Shown: piece after piece, positions 9,564-19,600 of the stretch
Layout of the letters: each line of letters starts with the position of its first letter
How positions within the stretch are numbered: position 1 is the first letter of the stretch
NCBI GenBank assembly: GCA_037440925.1
Contig: JBBITF010000006.1
Location: 1 to 64,000, forward strand
DNA: 64,000 nucleotides
Direction of reading: 5' to 3'
DNA from: Chloroflexota bacterium
GTDB taxonomy: Bacteria; Chloroflexota; Anaerolineae; Anaerolineales; Villigracilaceae
Program-made: the position numbers and the translations under genes
Notes under the pieces: model-generated
The model's database searches: none
What the model was told of the DNA's origin: nothing
What the model saw: the letters and a program-made list of their open reading frames with translations, nothing else

Positions 9564-11207
9564 ATGTCCCAAAGACATAAATACCGCGCCCAGATCCTGC
9601 TCAAGCCGCAGCAACACAAACAACTGGCAAAGATCGCTGCCCGCGAGAAGCGTAGCATCTCCGCCGTGGTGCGCGAGGCGGTGGCGGAATATGTGACGGC
9701 GCAAATGAAGGATGGACTCGCCTCTGATCTGGCCTTTTTGTTGCTTGTACTCATGGGCATGATGCTGCGCCTGTGGCAGTACGCCGCCAACCGCTCGCTG
9801 TGGGCCGACGAGGCCAGCCTGGCCTATAACCTAGTAAACCGCTCCTTCACGGAACTGACCCAATTGTTGGATTATCACCAGGCCGCGCCCATCGGCTTCC
9901 TGTTCATCGAAAAGTTCTTCGTGGTGATATTAGGCAATCACGATTACGTCATGCGCATCTTCCCGTTGTTGGCTGGTTTGCTAGCCACCGTCCTGGTCTA
10001 CCGAATCGCGCGGGAACATTTCGGATGGGCGGGGCTGTTCGCTTTGGCGATGTTCTCAGTGGGGTACTGGCTAGTGTACTACGCTTCGGAGCTCAAGCAA
10101 TATTCTAGCGACGTGATGGCGGCGGTGTTGTTGGTCTACTTGGCAAGCCGGTGTTTGCGGAAAGAAGCGCAAGGGCGGGACTTCTTTTGGCTGGGCATGG
10201 CGGGGACGATTCTTATCTGGATCTCGCATCCGTCCGTGTTCATTCTGGCGGGCGTTGGGCTGGCGCTACTGCTTGAAGTGCTGACCGGCCAGGGACGCGC
10301 GCCTCTGTCCTGGCTGGCAGGCATGGGACTGGCCTGGCTGGCCTCCTTCGGGCTAGAATATCTTGTCTCCCTGCAGCACATAATTGCGGACGAATACCTG
10401 ATTGACTATTGGCGCCGGACGTATATGCCCATGCCGCCCTGGAGCAATCTGGGTTGGTTTCTGAAGACTTACCATTCCTTTTTGTTTATCTGCCTGCATC
10501 GCACCGATTGGGTGATGTCTGGCATTTTTCTCACCCTGGCGGGGATTGGTATAGCCTGCTTGCTTTTGAGGAACCGCAACATGGCGCTGTTGGTCATCTC
10601 ACCGTTTGTGATGGCCCTGGTCGCCTCAGCCTTGCAGCGCTATCCGCTCCAGTATCGTTTCATGCTGTTCTTGATCCCTTTCGCGTTCTTCCTGATGGCG
10701 GCTGGGTTGCAGGGCCTGTACTGGTTGGTTGTAAAACTGAACCGCATGCTGGCGCTGGCTGTGTGCAGCATACTTGCACTGGCAGCCTTCTGGATGATTG
10801 CGCCTCACACGTTCAGCATGGTTGCCAACCCAGAAAAGGACGACATCAAGCCTGCCCTGGAATATATTGCAACCCACAGAATGGAGGGCGATACCCTCTA
10901 CGTTTTCCATGCCGCCGACCCTGTGTTCCGTTACTACGCTCCCTTTTACGGCCTGGAGGTGGGAGAGGTTATCATTGGCTTCGACACCCCCCGGAAAAAA
11001 CGGGCGCTTCAAGGATTCCAAGATGATGTTAAAGCGCTGTGGGGAAAGGACAGGGTCTGGTTCCTGTTTGCCGAAATCGTAGACTGCCCCGGCTGCGAGA
11101 GCGACCAGCAGGCTTTTTACCTGGAATATCTCAATCAGTTTGGCGTAATGTTGGACAGTTTTGATGGGACTGGTGGGAATGCCTACCTGTACGACTTGAA
11201 CCCTTAA
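9564..11207 (+). CDS. Ribbon-helix-helix domain fused to a GT-C (ArnT/PMT-like) polytopic membrane glycosyltransferase-like protein
   Basis: ORF 9312..11207, start taken at ATG 9564. The first ~45 aa (KYRAQILLKPQQHKQLAKIAAREKRSISAVVREAVAEYV) have a CopG/RHH pattern. They are followed in frame by about 10 predicted TM helices with LWADEASLAYN, and a C-terminal soluble domain. Confidence 0.7.
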   Translation: MSQRHKYRAQILLKPQQHKQLAKIAAREKRSISAVVREAVAEYVTAQMKDGLASDLAFLLLVLMGMMLRLWQYAANRSLWADEASLAYNLVNRSFTELTQLLDYHQAAPIGFLFIEKFFVVILGNHDYVMRIFPLLAGLLATVLVYRIAREHFGWAGLFALAMFSVGYWLVYYASELKQYSSDVMAAVLLVYLASRCLRKEAQGRDFFWLGMAGTILIWISHPSVFILAGVGLALLLEVLTGQGRAPLSWLAGMGLAWLASFGLEYLVSLQHIIADEYLIDYWRRTYMPMPPWSNLGWFLKTYHSFLFICLHRTDWVMSGIFLTLAGIGIACLLLRNRNMALLVISPFVMALVASALQRYPLQYRFMLFLIPFAFFLMAAGLQGLYWLVVKLNRMLALAVCSILALAAFWMIAPHTFSMVANPEKDDIKPALEYIATHRMEGDTLYVFHAADPVFRYYAPFYGLEVGEVIIGFDTPRKKRALQGFQDDVKALWGKDRVWFLFAEIVDCPGCESDQQAFYLEYLNQFGVMLDSFDGTGGNAYLYDLNP

Positions 11208-11347
11208 GCGGCGGCGCCTTTCCCCGCCTTGAAATCGGAGTAAAAGGTCATATTTCCTCTGTGACCTCCATCACTTGCTTTGTCGCAAATCTCACAATAA
11301 AATCACTATAACTGATAAAAATTACCTGCATTGTAAGAGAGGTTGCT

Positions 11348-11761
11348 ATGCAAATCACCCGCCAAGCCGATTATGCTGTCCGCGCTGTGTTATATCTTGC
11401 GCGCATGAAAGGAAATCAGCGCGCCGCTACCAGCGCGATTGCCAAAGAGCAAGACATCCCCCCTTCCTTCTTGGCAAAGATCATTTCGCAACTTTCGATT
11501 GCAGGTCTATTGCATACCTCACGCGGTGCGCGCGGCGGCGTCACTTTGGCGCGTGAGCCGAAAGATATTACGCTTTTGGAAGTCATTGAAGCCATTGATG
11601 GCCCCATTATGCTGAATGAATGTGTGGGCGATAGCGCTACCTGCACGTTCAATGAGAATTGCCCGCTCAAGCCGGTGTGGTGTGATGCGCAGAATGAACT
11701 GGTGACGCGGCTGAAAGGCACCAACTTTGCTCAATTGCTGAACCATAAAGCCGCTGCATGA
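11348..11761 (+). CDS. Rrf2 family transcriptional regulator (three-Cys, probably Fe-S binding)
   Basis: MQITRQADYAVRAVLYLA...SRGARGGVTLAR is the Rrf2 wHTH signature. The C-terminal cysteines are CVGDSATCTFNENCP. Confidence 0.9.
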   Translation: MQITRQADYAVRAVLYLARMKGNQRAATSAIAKEQDIPPSFLAKIISQLSIAGLLHTSRGARGGVTLAREPKDITLLEVIEAIDGPIMLNECVGDSATCTFNENCPLKPVWCDAQNELVTRLKGTNFAQLLNHKAAA

Positions 11762-12013
11762 CGATAGAAAGTCGTCCCCATTTTCTTGCCGGCTCTCTGA
11801 GAATGGCAGTGACGCTTGGCTGGATTGACGAATCCAGCCGCCAGAAGGCAGCGCAAGCCAGCGTTCTGCCTGTATTTTCGGGATTGGCAATACCCGTTAC
11901 GGCGGTGAGGGGGAAACAAGGATTTCACTTGTAAGGCACGAATTCTCTTCATCGCGTATAATAGCGGGGAGATGGATGTACAGCCGTTTGAGCGGCTGGA
12001 ATTTCGAGGCGCT

Positions 12014-12745
12014 ATGCACAAGCGAGTCATCTTTCCCTGTCTGGCCTTGACGCTGGCGGCCCTGGCTTGCAGTCTGTCTGATTACCTGCCTGCGCCGGCG
12101 CCGGTCATCGAGCCATCTCCTTTGCCTACCTTTGCGATCCCTAGCGAGACGCCCATCCCAACCGAGACGCCCCTGCCGACGATCACGCCGACGCCGCAAA
12201 AGCCGGTCGCCTGGCCGAAGGACCAAGGCGTCCACTGCCGCTACGGGCCGGGGAAGGAATGGGAAGCGGTTAGCGCCGTGCCGGCCGGCACAACGGTCGA
12301 AATCTTGGGGCGGGTGTCGGAAACGACCTGGTGGTATGTGACAGACCCGCTGCACGAAGGGGACGCTTGCTGGGTAGCCTTCGATGTGATGGATACCGCC
12401 GGGGATTTGAGAATCATCCCCATCGTCGAGCCGCCAACCGCGCGAGTCACGCAGGTTAAGGTGGAAGCAACTGTTTCCTTCGTAACTTGCGGGGGACCCA
12501 ACCCGGTCACGTTCAGCGGGAAGATCACCGCCAACGGGCCGACGACGGCCACCTATCATTGGGAGATAGGCGGCGAAAAGCAGAGCGTCACCGGCGACCA
12601 AACGCTGACGTTTGCCGAAGCCGGCACGCAAAAATTGACCTTCGACGCCTACGACGCCGATTGCGGGAACTATTTCGTCGTCCTGTCGGTCACCAGCCCG
12701 AACGAGATGACGGCGCAGCAGGACTTCTCGATCAAAGCGCCGTAA
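12014..12745 (+). CDS. Secreted lipoprotein with SH3b-like domain
   Basis: Signal peptide with lipobox LAALAC-S, a Pro/Thr-rich linker, and an SH3b-like segment (CRYGPGKEWEAVSAVPAGTTVEILG). An alternative start at 11972 lies 10 nt after a TATAAT (11957-11962). Confidence 0.65.
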   Translation: MHKRVIFPCLALTLAALACSLSDYLPAPAPVIEPSPLPTFAIPSETPIPTETPLPTITPTPQKPVAWPKDQGVHCRYGPGKEWEAVSAVPAGTTVEILGRVSETTWWYVTDPLHEGDACWVAFDVMDTAGDLRIIPIVEPPTARVTQVKVEATVSFVTCGGPNPVTFSGKITANGPTTATYHWEIGGEKQSVTGDQTLTFAEAGTQKLTFDAYDADCGNYFVVLSVTSPNEMTAQQDFSIKAP

Positions 12746-12772
12746 AGCGGCATATCGGGTACAATTCGCCGC

Positions 12773-13393
12773 ATGTCCAAACGCCTTTCCTACTCATTGC
12801 TCTTCCTGGGTGCGTTGGCGGCCATTGCCATTTTGGCCTTCTTCGGGCCGGAGGAACAATCGCTCGGCTCCAACGTGCGCATCGTGTACCTGCACGGCGC
12901 CTGGGTGCTGGCGGCAGAAGCCGCCTTCGCCGCCGCCGCCCTGACCGGGCTGCTGGGCCTGGCCCTGCGCCGCGAAAGATTGCATCACTGGTCTGCGGCG
13001 CTGGGGCGGGCTGGCATCCTCTTCTGGCTGACCTACCTGCCGCTCTCGCTGTGGGCCATGCAGGCCAATTGGAACGGCTTGTTCCTGGCTGAGCCGCGTT
13101 TCCGCCTGGCGTTGACCTTTGCCATCGTGGGCGCGCTGCTGCAAATCGGGCTGTGGCTGACCGGCAAAGCATGGCTGACCTCGCTGGCGAACCTGGCCTT
13201 TTTCATCGTCCTGCGCGTGGCCTTTTCCACCGCCTCCAACGTCATGCACCCGCCGCCTTCTCCCATCTTTTCTTCCGGCTTGTGGGACGTCATCTTGTTC
13301 TTCATCGCCTTGAATGTATTGGCCTGGGCAGCCGCCTACTTTTTGGCAAGAGTTTTTTTGCAGCCCCAGTCGTTCAAGGAAAAAAGCGGCTAA
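12773..13393 (+). CDS. Polytopic membrane protein, function unknown (weak CcmC/haem-exporter-like motifs)
   Basis: About six hydrophobic helices. VRIVYLHGAWV and WAMQANWNGLFLAEPRF faintly recall CcmC-type motifs, but this is not sufficient for a call. Confidence 0.55.
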   Translation: MSKRLSYSLLFLGALAAIAILAFFGPEEQSLGSNVRIVYLHGAWVLAAEAAFAAAALTGLLGLALRRERLHHWSAALGRAGILFWLTYLPLSLWAMQANWNGLFLAEPRFRLALTFAIVGALLQIGLWLTGKAWLTSLANLAFFIVLRVAFSTASNVMHPPPSPIFSSGLWDVILFFIALNVLAWAAAYFLARVFLQPQSFKEKSG

Positions 13394-13493
13394 GGCCGCC
13401 ACAAGAGCGGCTAAAGCCGCCACTACCGATTATCCGACTACCGACTATCTGACTCGCCAATCCTTGCCTATCTCCATCCAACTCCTCATCGTC

Positions 13494-14627
13494 ATGGCGC
13501 TGCGCACCGTTCTCAACACGGCGCACCGCATGGTCTACCCCTTCCTGGCGGTCTTTGCGCGCGGGCTGGGCGTGGACATTACCGCCCTGTCGCTGGCGCT
13601 CACGGGACGCTCGGTGGCCGGGGCGTTTGTTCCCTTCGTCTCTTCGGTGGCCGATCAGCGCGGGCGGCGCTTTGGGATGCTGGCGGGGGTTGCCTTGTTC
13701 ACCTTCGGGGTGGCACTGGTCGCGCTTGCGCCCTCGCTGTGGACGATGACGGCGGCCCTCATCCTGGCTATGCTGGGCAAGTACCTGTTCGACCCGGCCA
13801 TGCAGGCTTACTTCGGCGACCGCATCCCCTACCGGCGGCGCGGACTGGCGCTGGCCGTGACCGAGATGAGTTGGTCGCTGGCCTTCATCGTCGGCGTGCC
13901 GCTCATGGGTTTCTTGATTGCGCGCTACGGCTGGTCGGCGCCTTTCCCGCTGCTGGCGCTGCTGGGCGTGGGCATGTTCGCCGTCCTGTGGTGGATGACG
14001 CCGCGCCGCGACCCGAACCACGCGCCCGCAAGCAGTCCCTGGGCGAACTTTGGGATCGTATTGCGCAACGTCCCGGCGCTGGCGGGCATCTCGGTGGCGT
14101 TGTGGGCCAGCGCCGCCAATGAACTGGTTAATCTCATCTTCGGCGTGTGGCTGGAGGATTCGTTTGGCCTGCAAATCGCCGCGCTGGCGGGCGCTTCGGC
14201 GGTCATCGGCCTTTCAGAATTGAGCGGCGAGGGGCTGGTGGCGCTGCTGACCGACCGCCTGGGCAAGCCGCGTGCGCTGGCCTTCGGCTTGACCGGCAAC
14301 GCGCTGGCCTGCCTGCTTCTTCCTTTCATTGGGCGGACACAGGCCGGCGCCCTGCTGGGATTGACGCTGTTCTACATCACCTTCGAGTTCATCATGGTCA
14401 GCCACATCCCGTTGATGACGGAGATCATGCCGGGCGCGCGCGCCACGATGCTCTCCTTCAACCTGACCGGCCATTCGCTGGGACGTGCGCTGGGCGCCTT
14501 CCTGGCGGCTTTCGTTTACCGGCAGTTCGGTTTCTTCGCCGTGACCCTGCTGGCGCTGGTTTTCAATCTCTTTGGACTGTTGGCGCTGCGCAGGCTGGGA
14601 CAGGATGCCCGCTTGCGGGAGGCGTGA
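13494..14627 (+). CDS. MFS transporter
   Basis: About 12 TM helices and the MFS loop motif ADQRGRRFGM. The first ATG is 13494; a TTG at 13464 would add a more complete TM1. Confidence 0.8.
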   Translation: MALRTVLNTAHRMVYPFLAVFARGLGVDITALSLALTGRSVAGAFVPFVSSVADQRGRRFGMLAGVALFTFGVALVALAPSLWTMTAALILAMLGKYLFDPAMQAYFGDRIPYRRRGLALAVTEMSWSLAFIVGVPLMGFLIARYGWSAPFPLLALLGVGMFAVLWWMTPRRDPNHAPASSPWANFGIVLRNVPALAGISVALWASAANELVNLIFGVWLEDSFGLQIAALAGASAVIGLSELSGEGLVALLTDRLGKPRALAFGLTGNALACLLLPFIGRTQAGALLGLTLFYITFEFIMVSHIPLMTEIMPGARATMLSFNLTGHSLGRALGAFLAAFVYRQFGFFAVTLLALVFNLFGLLALRRLGQDARLREA

Positions 14628-14630
14628 GAC

Positions 14631-15179
14631 GTGCAATGGGGAGGCGTGCAATGGGGAGACGTGCAAGACATCTCCCTGCTGGTGTTGGCGGCCCTCTTCC
14701 TGCTGGGCAGCGGACTGTGGCTGCTCGTGCCGGCATGGTATGGCGTCCCCTGGGTGCCGGCGCGCAGGGAGCGCATCCGCAGGGCGCTGCAACTGGCGAA
14801 TTTGCGGCCTGGCGAAACGCTCTACGATCTGGGCGCGGGCGATGGGCGCGCGCTGTTGATAGCCGCTGAGGAGTTCGGCGCCCAGGCGGTGGGCATCGAG
14901 ATCGGCCCGATGCAATGCCTGTGGGGGCGGCTGAAATGTCTGTTTAGCGGGAGCAGGCACAGGGTCCGGCTGCGATGCGGGAATTTCTACCGCGCTGACC
15001 TGTCGGCGGCGGATGTCGTTTTCGTGTATCTGCTCTCGGCCCAGACCGCCCGTCTCGCAGGGAAGTTGAAACGCGAACTGCATCCCGGCGCGCGCGTGGT
15101 CAGCCTGGCGGCAGATTTCCCTGCCTGGCAGCCAGCGGCGGTGGATCGGGAGAATCTCATCTTTTTGTATGTGATGTAA
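14631..15179 (+). CDS. Class I SAM-dependent methyltransferase with N-terminal TM helix
   Basis: SAM motif I is LYDLGAGDGRALLIAA. The start is GTG 14631, with in-frame alternatives GTG 14646 and 14661 inside a 15-bp tandem repeat. Confidence 0.75.
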   Translation: MQWGGVQWGDVQDISLLVLAALFLLGSGLWLLVPAWYGVPWVPARRERIRRALQLANLRPGETLYDLGAGDGRALLIAAEEFGAQAVGIEIGPMQCLWGRLKCLFSGSRHRVRLRCGNFYRADLSAADVVFVYLLSAQTARLAGKLKRELHPGARVVSLAADFPAWQPAAVDRENLIFLYVM

Positions 15180-15187
15180 GGAGGATT

Positions 15188-16351
15188 ATGTCGAACACAG
15201 CAGATGTCATCATCATCGGCGCGGGCGTGCATGGCGCAAGTCTGGCCTTCCACCTGGCCGAGCGCGGCGTGAAGGCGCTGGTGCTGGAAAAGAGTTTCGT
15301 GGCGGCCGGCGCGACCGGGCGCTCCAGCGGCCTGGTGCGGATGCACTACGACGTGCGCCAGGACTCGCAACTGGCCTGGATTTCGTTCGGTTATTTCCGA
15401 AACTGGGCCGAAAGGGTGGGCGGGGAATGCGGCTTCACCCGCACGGGCTTCATCCAGATTGTAGCGCGCGAAAGCGAGGCAGCGCTGCGGGCCAATACCG
15501 CCATGCATCAGGAAATCGGTATTCCTGCCTTCCTGGTCTCTGCGGCGGATGTGGGACGGCTGGCGCCCTCCTTCACGACGGGCGACTTCGACCTCGCTTC
15601 TTACGAACCCGAATCCGGCTACGCGGACCCAAGCGCTACTGCCGCCTCGTTCTTTTCCGCCGCCCGCGACAGGGGCGCGCGCCTCATCCAGGATTGCGCC
15701 GTGACGGGCGTGATCGTGCAGGGCGGCCAGGTCAAAGGCGTGCAGACCAGGCAGGGCGATTTTTACGCGCCGGCCGTGGTCAACGCCGCCGGGCCGTGGG
15801 CCGATCAAATCAATGCGATGGTCGGGCTGGACCTGCCCTTCACCACCTGGCGGCACGATACGATGTTCGTAGGGCGTCCCAGGGAAATGGGACCCAGCCA
15901 TCCGGTGGTGATTGATTTCCCCAACGAGATGTACTTCCGCCCGGAGACCGGCGGGTTGACGCTGGTGGGCCTGGAAGACGGCAACCCGCTGGGCGATTCG
16001 CCCGACGGCGACGCCGATCACCCGCTCAAAGGCTTCGTGGAACGCGCCGTGGAACGCATCTGCCGCCGCATCCCGGCCATGGAAAACAGTTACCTGCACA
16101 CCGCGCACGGCGGCTACGACGGCTTGACCCCCGACCAACATCCCCTGCTAGGGCAGGCCGGGCCAGACGGCTTCTACCTGCAATGCGGCATGAGCGGCAC
16201 CGGCTTCAAGATCGCCCCGGCGGTGGGATTGTGCATGTCTGAGTTGATCCTGGACGGCGCAGCCAAGAGCGTGGACATCTCCATTTACCGCCCGCAGCGC
16301 TTTGCCGAAGGGAAGGAAATCAAGGGAAATTACCAGAGCATCTGGCGTTGA
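15188..16351 (+). CDS. FAD-dependent oxidoreductase (DAO/sarcosine-oxidase-beta-like)
   Basis: Dinucleotide-binding motif DVIIIGAGVHGASLAFHLA and an AAGGAGG RBS. Confidence 0.85.
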   Translation: MSNTADVIIIGAGVHGASLAFHLAERGVKALVLEKSFVAAGATGRSSGLVRMHYDVRQDSQLAWISFGYFRNWAERVGGECGFTRTGFIQIVARESEAALRANTAMHQEIGIPAFLVSAADVGRLAPSFTTGDFDLASYEPESGYADPSATAASFFSAARDRGARLIQDCAVTGVIVQGGQVKGVQTRQGDFYAPAVVNAAGPWADQINAMVGLDLPFTTWRHDTMFVGRPREMGPSHPVVIDFPNEMYFRPETGGLTLVGLEDGNPLGDSPDGDADHPLKGFVERAVERICRRIPAMENSYLHTAHGGYDGLTPDQHPLLGQAGPDGFYLQCGMSGTGFKIAPAVGLCMSELILDGAAKSVDISIYRPQRFAEGKEIKGNYQSIWR

Positions 16352-16381
16352 TGGATTTGTGATAAAATTGCGCCTGCAATT

Positions 16382-16453
16382 GCCCCCGTAGCTCAGTGGA
16401 TAGAGCGTCGGCCTCCGGAGCCGAAGAGGACAGTTCGAGTCTGTCCGGGGGTA
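16382..16453 (+). tRNA. tRNA-Arg (anticodon CCG)
   Basis: Manual cloverleaf: acceptor GCCCCCG/CGGGGGT, D-arm GCTC-AGTGGATA-GAGC, anticodon arm TCGGC-CTCCGGA-GCCGA (anticodon CCG), T-arm GACAG-TTCGAGT-CTGTC, discriminator A. CCA is not encoded. Ends are +/-1 nt. Confidence 0.85.
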
Positions 16454-16617
16454 TTCCCATCACGGGGTTGTCCGCCAGCAGTGATCCTGCTGGCGTAATC
16501 ATTAGACCTTGTCGGAAATAACATGCAAGCATCGTTCCGAAGGCTGATTCATCTGACGGCAACCTTCGAGAGGTTTTTCCCCAGGCTGGCGCTTGAAAGA
16601 GAGAAAACCCGGCGCTG

Positions 16618-16626
16618 TGCTATAAT
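16618..16626 (+). promoter_or_regulatory. Extended -10 promoter element (TGcTATAAT) upstream of secA
   Basis: TGCTATAAT lies 18 nt before the secA ATG. No good -35 is present at 17 nt spacing. Confidence 0.4.
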
Positions 16627-16644
16627 CTCGTCAGAAAGGTAAGT

Positions 16645-19600
16645 ATGCTGCAAAAATTCGTCAAATGGTTTGGGGGCGACCCCAACAAACGCCAAATTGA
16701 GAATTTGAGCGAACTGGTTGAAGTCATCAATGCTTTCGAACCAACGTTGGAAGCGTTGAGCGATGAAGCCTTGCGCGCCAAAACGGAGTCGTTCCGCGCC
16801 AGATTACGTCAGGCTACGGATGGCATCGAAGAGGATGACAAACGCTTCCAGGTGGAACAGGAAGTTTTAGAAGAAATCCTGCCCGAAGCCTACGCTGTAG
16901 TGCGCGAAGCCTCCAAACGCACCATTGGCTTGCGGCACTATGACGTGCAGATGATCGGCGGCATCGTTCTGCATCACAATTCCATCGCCGAGATGCGTAC
17001 CGGCGAGGGCAAAACGTTGGTCGCCACGCTGCCGCTCTATCTGAATGCGCTGGCCGGCCATGGCTGCCACCTGGTCACGGTCAACGATTACCTGGCGCGC
17101 CGCGATGCGCGCTGGATGGCGCCTATTTTCAATTTCCTGGGGCTGTCGGTGGGCGTCTTGCAAATGGCGGTGGTAACCGAAAACGGCAAGAAGGCCTTCC
17201 TGGTGGACCTGGAAAAAGACTCCCCGCATGAAGATCAACACCAGTTGCGTATGGTGGAGCGCGCTGAGGCCTATCGCGCCGACATCACTTATGGTACCAA
17301 CTCTGAATTCGGCTTCGATTACTTGCGCGACAATATGGCCATGCGTCTGGAAGACCGCGTTCAACGCGGTCACCATTACGCCATCGTAGACGAAGTGGAC
17401 AATGTGCTGATTGACGAGGCGCGCACGCCGCTCATCATCTCTGGCCCGGCTTCGGGCGACCTGGAATGGTATGGCAAGATGGCGCAACTCGTCAAGCAGT
17501 TGCAGCCAGAAGACTACGAAGTCAGCGAGAAAGACCGCACCGTTTCTTTGACCGAGATTGGCATTGCGCATGTCGAGCAATTGCTCGGTCAGCCGCTGCA
17601 AGACCCTGACCGCCCCGAAGATGTGACCCCCGAGCAGGCGCGTTTACTTGGCTACCTGGAACAGGCTTTGCGCGCTCAGCACCTTTTTAAGCGCAACAAA
17701 GACTACCTCGTTCAAGGCGGAAAGGTCGTCATCGTAGACGAGTTCACCGGGCGCTTGATGCCCGGCCGCCGCTGGAGCGACGGCTTGCATCAGGCGGTAG
17801 AAGCCAAAGAAGGCGTGCGGGTCGAACCAGAAAGCGTCACGTATGCCACGATTACCCTGCAAAACTACTTCCGCATGTACAGGAAACTGGCCGGCATGAC
17901 CGGCACCGCCCTGACCGAAGCGGAAGAATTCAACAAAATCTACAAACTGGAAGTGACGCCCATCCCTACCAACCTGGAATATCAGGCCTTTGGCAAGGAT
18001 GCGCCGCTGGTCGAGCGGAAGGCAAAAGATGAGGACGGTTACGAATACACCTATTACGTGCGGCGCGATGCGCTCTCTCCCACAGGGCAAGGGCAGGGCG
18101 AAATTGTGCTATGGAAGCGCAAGGATTATCCCGATGTCATCTACCGCACGGTAGAAGCCAAGTTGCGCGCTATCGTCAAGGAGATTGTGCGTTTGCACGT
18201 CATGGGCAGGCCTCAATTGGTAGGCACCACCTCGGTCGAGTCATCCGAGAGGCTATCGGAGCGGCTGAAAGCGGACATGGTACGCCGCTTGATGCAAATC
18301 CTGCTGGTACGCCATCTCTGGCTGAAAGCCAACGACCGTGTGGAGGACGGCCGCCTCATCGAAGAATTTGTCCCCTTCAATGCGCCGTTGGAAAAGATTG
18401 ACATCAGTCAACTGCGCAAGTTTGCCCAGCCTTTAGGAATCTCCAGCCTCAATCCCGATGACGCTTCTAACCTGCCCGTCCTGCTGGAGGTTCTCAACCT
18501 GCCGGACGAATACGCTGACCGCCTGAAGGCGGTGTTACAGGCGGGCGTGCCGCACCAGGTTTTGAACGCTCGCAAGCATACCGAAGAAAGTCAGATTATT
18601 GCCGGGGCGGGGGCGTTTGGCGCTGTGACGATTGCCACCAACATGGCCGGGCGCGGCGTAGACATCAAACTGGGCGGCGAACTGGCCGAGGAAGTCATCG
18701 CTGTCGTCAACCGCGTCTTGCGCCGCCTGGGCATTCCTGACCCTTACGACCTGCCGCTGGAAGAAAAACGCCAGGCGCTGCTCAAAGCCGATCCATCTGC
18801 CTTTGGCATCTACGAGGGCGAGGTCAAATTCTTCCTGACGTACTTTGAAGACAGGGAGCGCGTCAAGGCGCTGGGCGGCCTGCACGTCATCGGTTCTGAG
18901 CGCCACGAGGCCCGCCGTATAGATAATCAGTTGCGTGGACGCGCCGCCCGCCAGGGCGACCCCGGCTCCTCGCGCTTTTACCTCTCGCTCGAAGACGATT
19001 TGATGCGCCTGTTCGCCGGTCAACAGGTAGGCGCGCTGATGGAGCGCCTCAAAGTGGACGATTCGCTCCCGCTCGAAAGCCGCCTGGTGAGCAGCCTGGT
19101 CGAGCAGTCTCAGCACCGCGTCGAAGGCGCTAACTTTGACGTGCGCAAGCACCTGCTCGAATACGACGATGTCCTCAACAGCCAGCGCGAGCGCATCTAT
19201 GGCCAACGCGATCGCGTCTTCACCAAAGAAGACCTGCGCGACGACATCCAGGCCATGCTGCGCACCGAAGTGGAAGCGCGCGTGCCGGCCGGGCTGGAGG
19301 ACGAAGAAGGCCCTTGGAAGTTGATGGCCTGGTTGGAACAGGTCCAGCCGCCTTTTTCCTACGCCGACGAGCGCATCTTTCCCAGTTTTGGCCTACGCCT
19401 GCTCCTCGAGCGTCTCGGCGACCCGCCGGATATCCGCTCTGCTGCCCTGGAGTTGGTGCGCGAGGCGGTCGAAGCCGAACACGCCCACACCCTGCGCGCC
19501 ATCCAGCGCCTGCTCGAACGCAGCGCCGAAAGTCTCGACCAGCAGATCGAAGAACGTTACGATGCGCTGGACGCATTCCTCGAGGGTCTGAGCGACAGCG

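Noticed and set aside
14987-16141. 384-aa ORF on the - strand
   Set aside because: It is antisense to the methyltransferase and FAD-oxidoreductase genes and is a GC-shadow frame.
16382-16644. tRNA-Arg as a possible integration site for a genomic island
   Set aside because: I could find no direct repeat of the tRNA 3' end downstream. There is no integrase gene, and the flanking genes (secA, add, acnA) are housekeeping.
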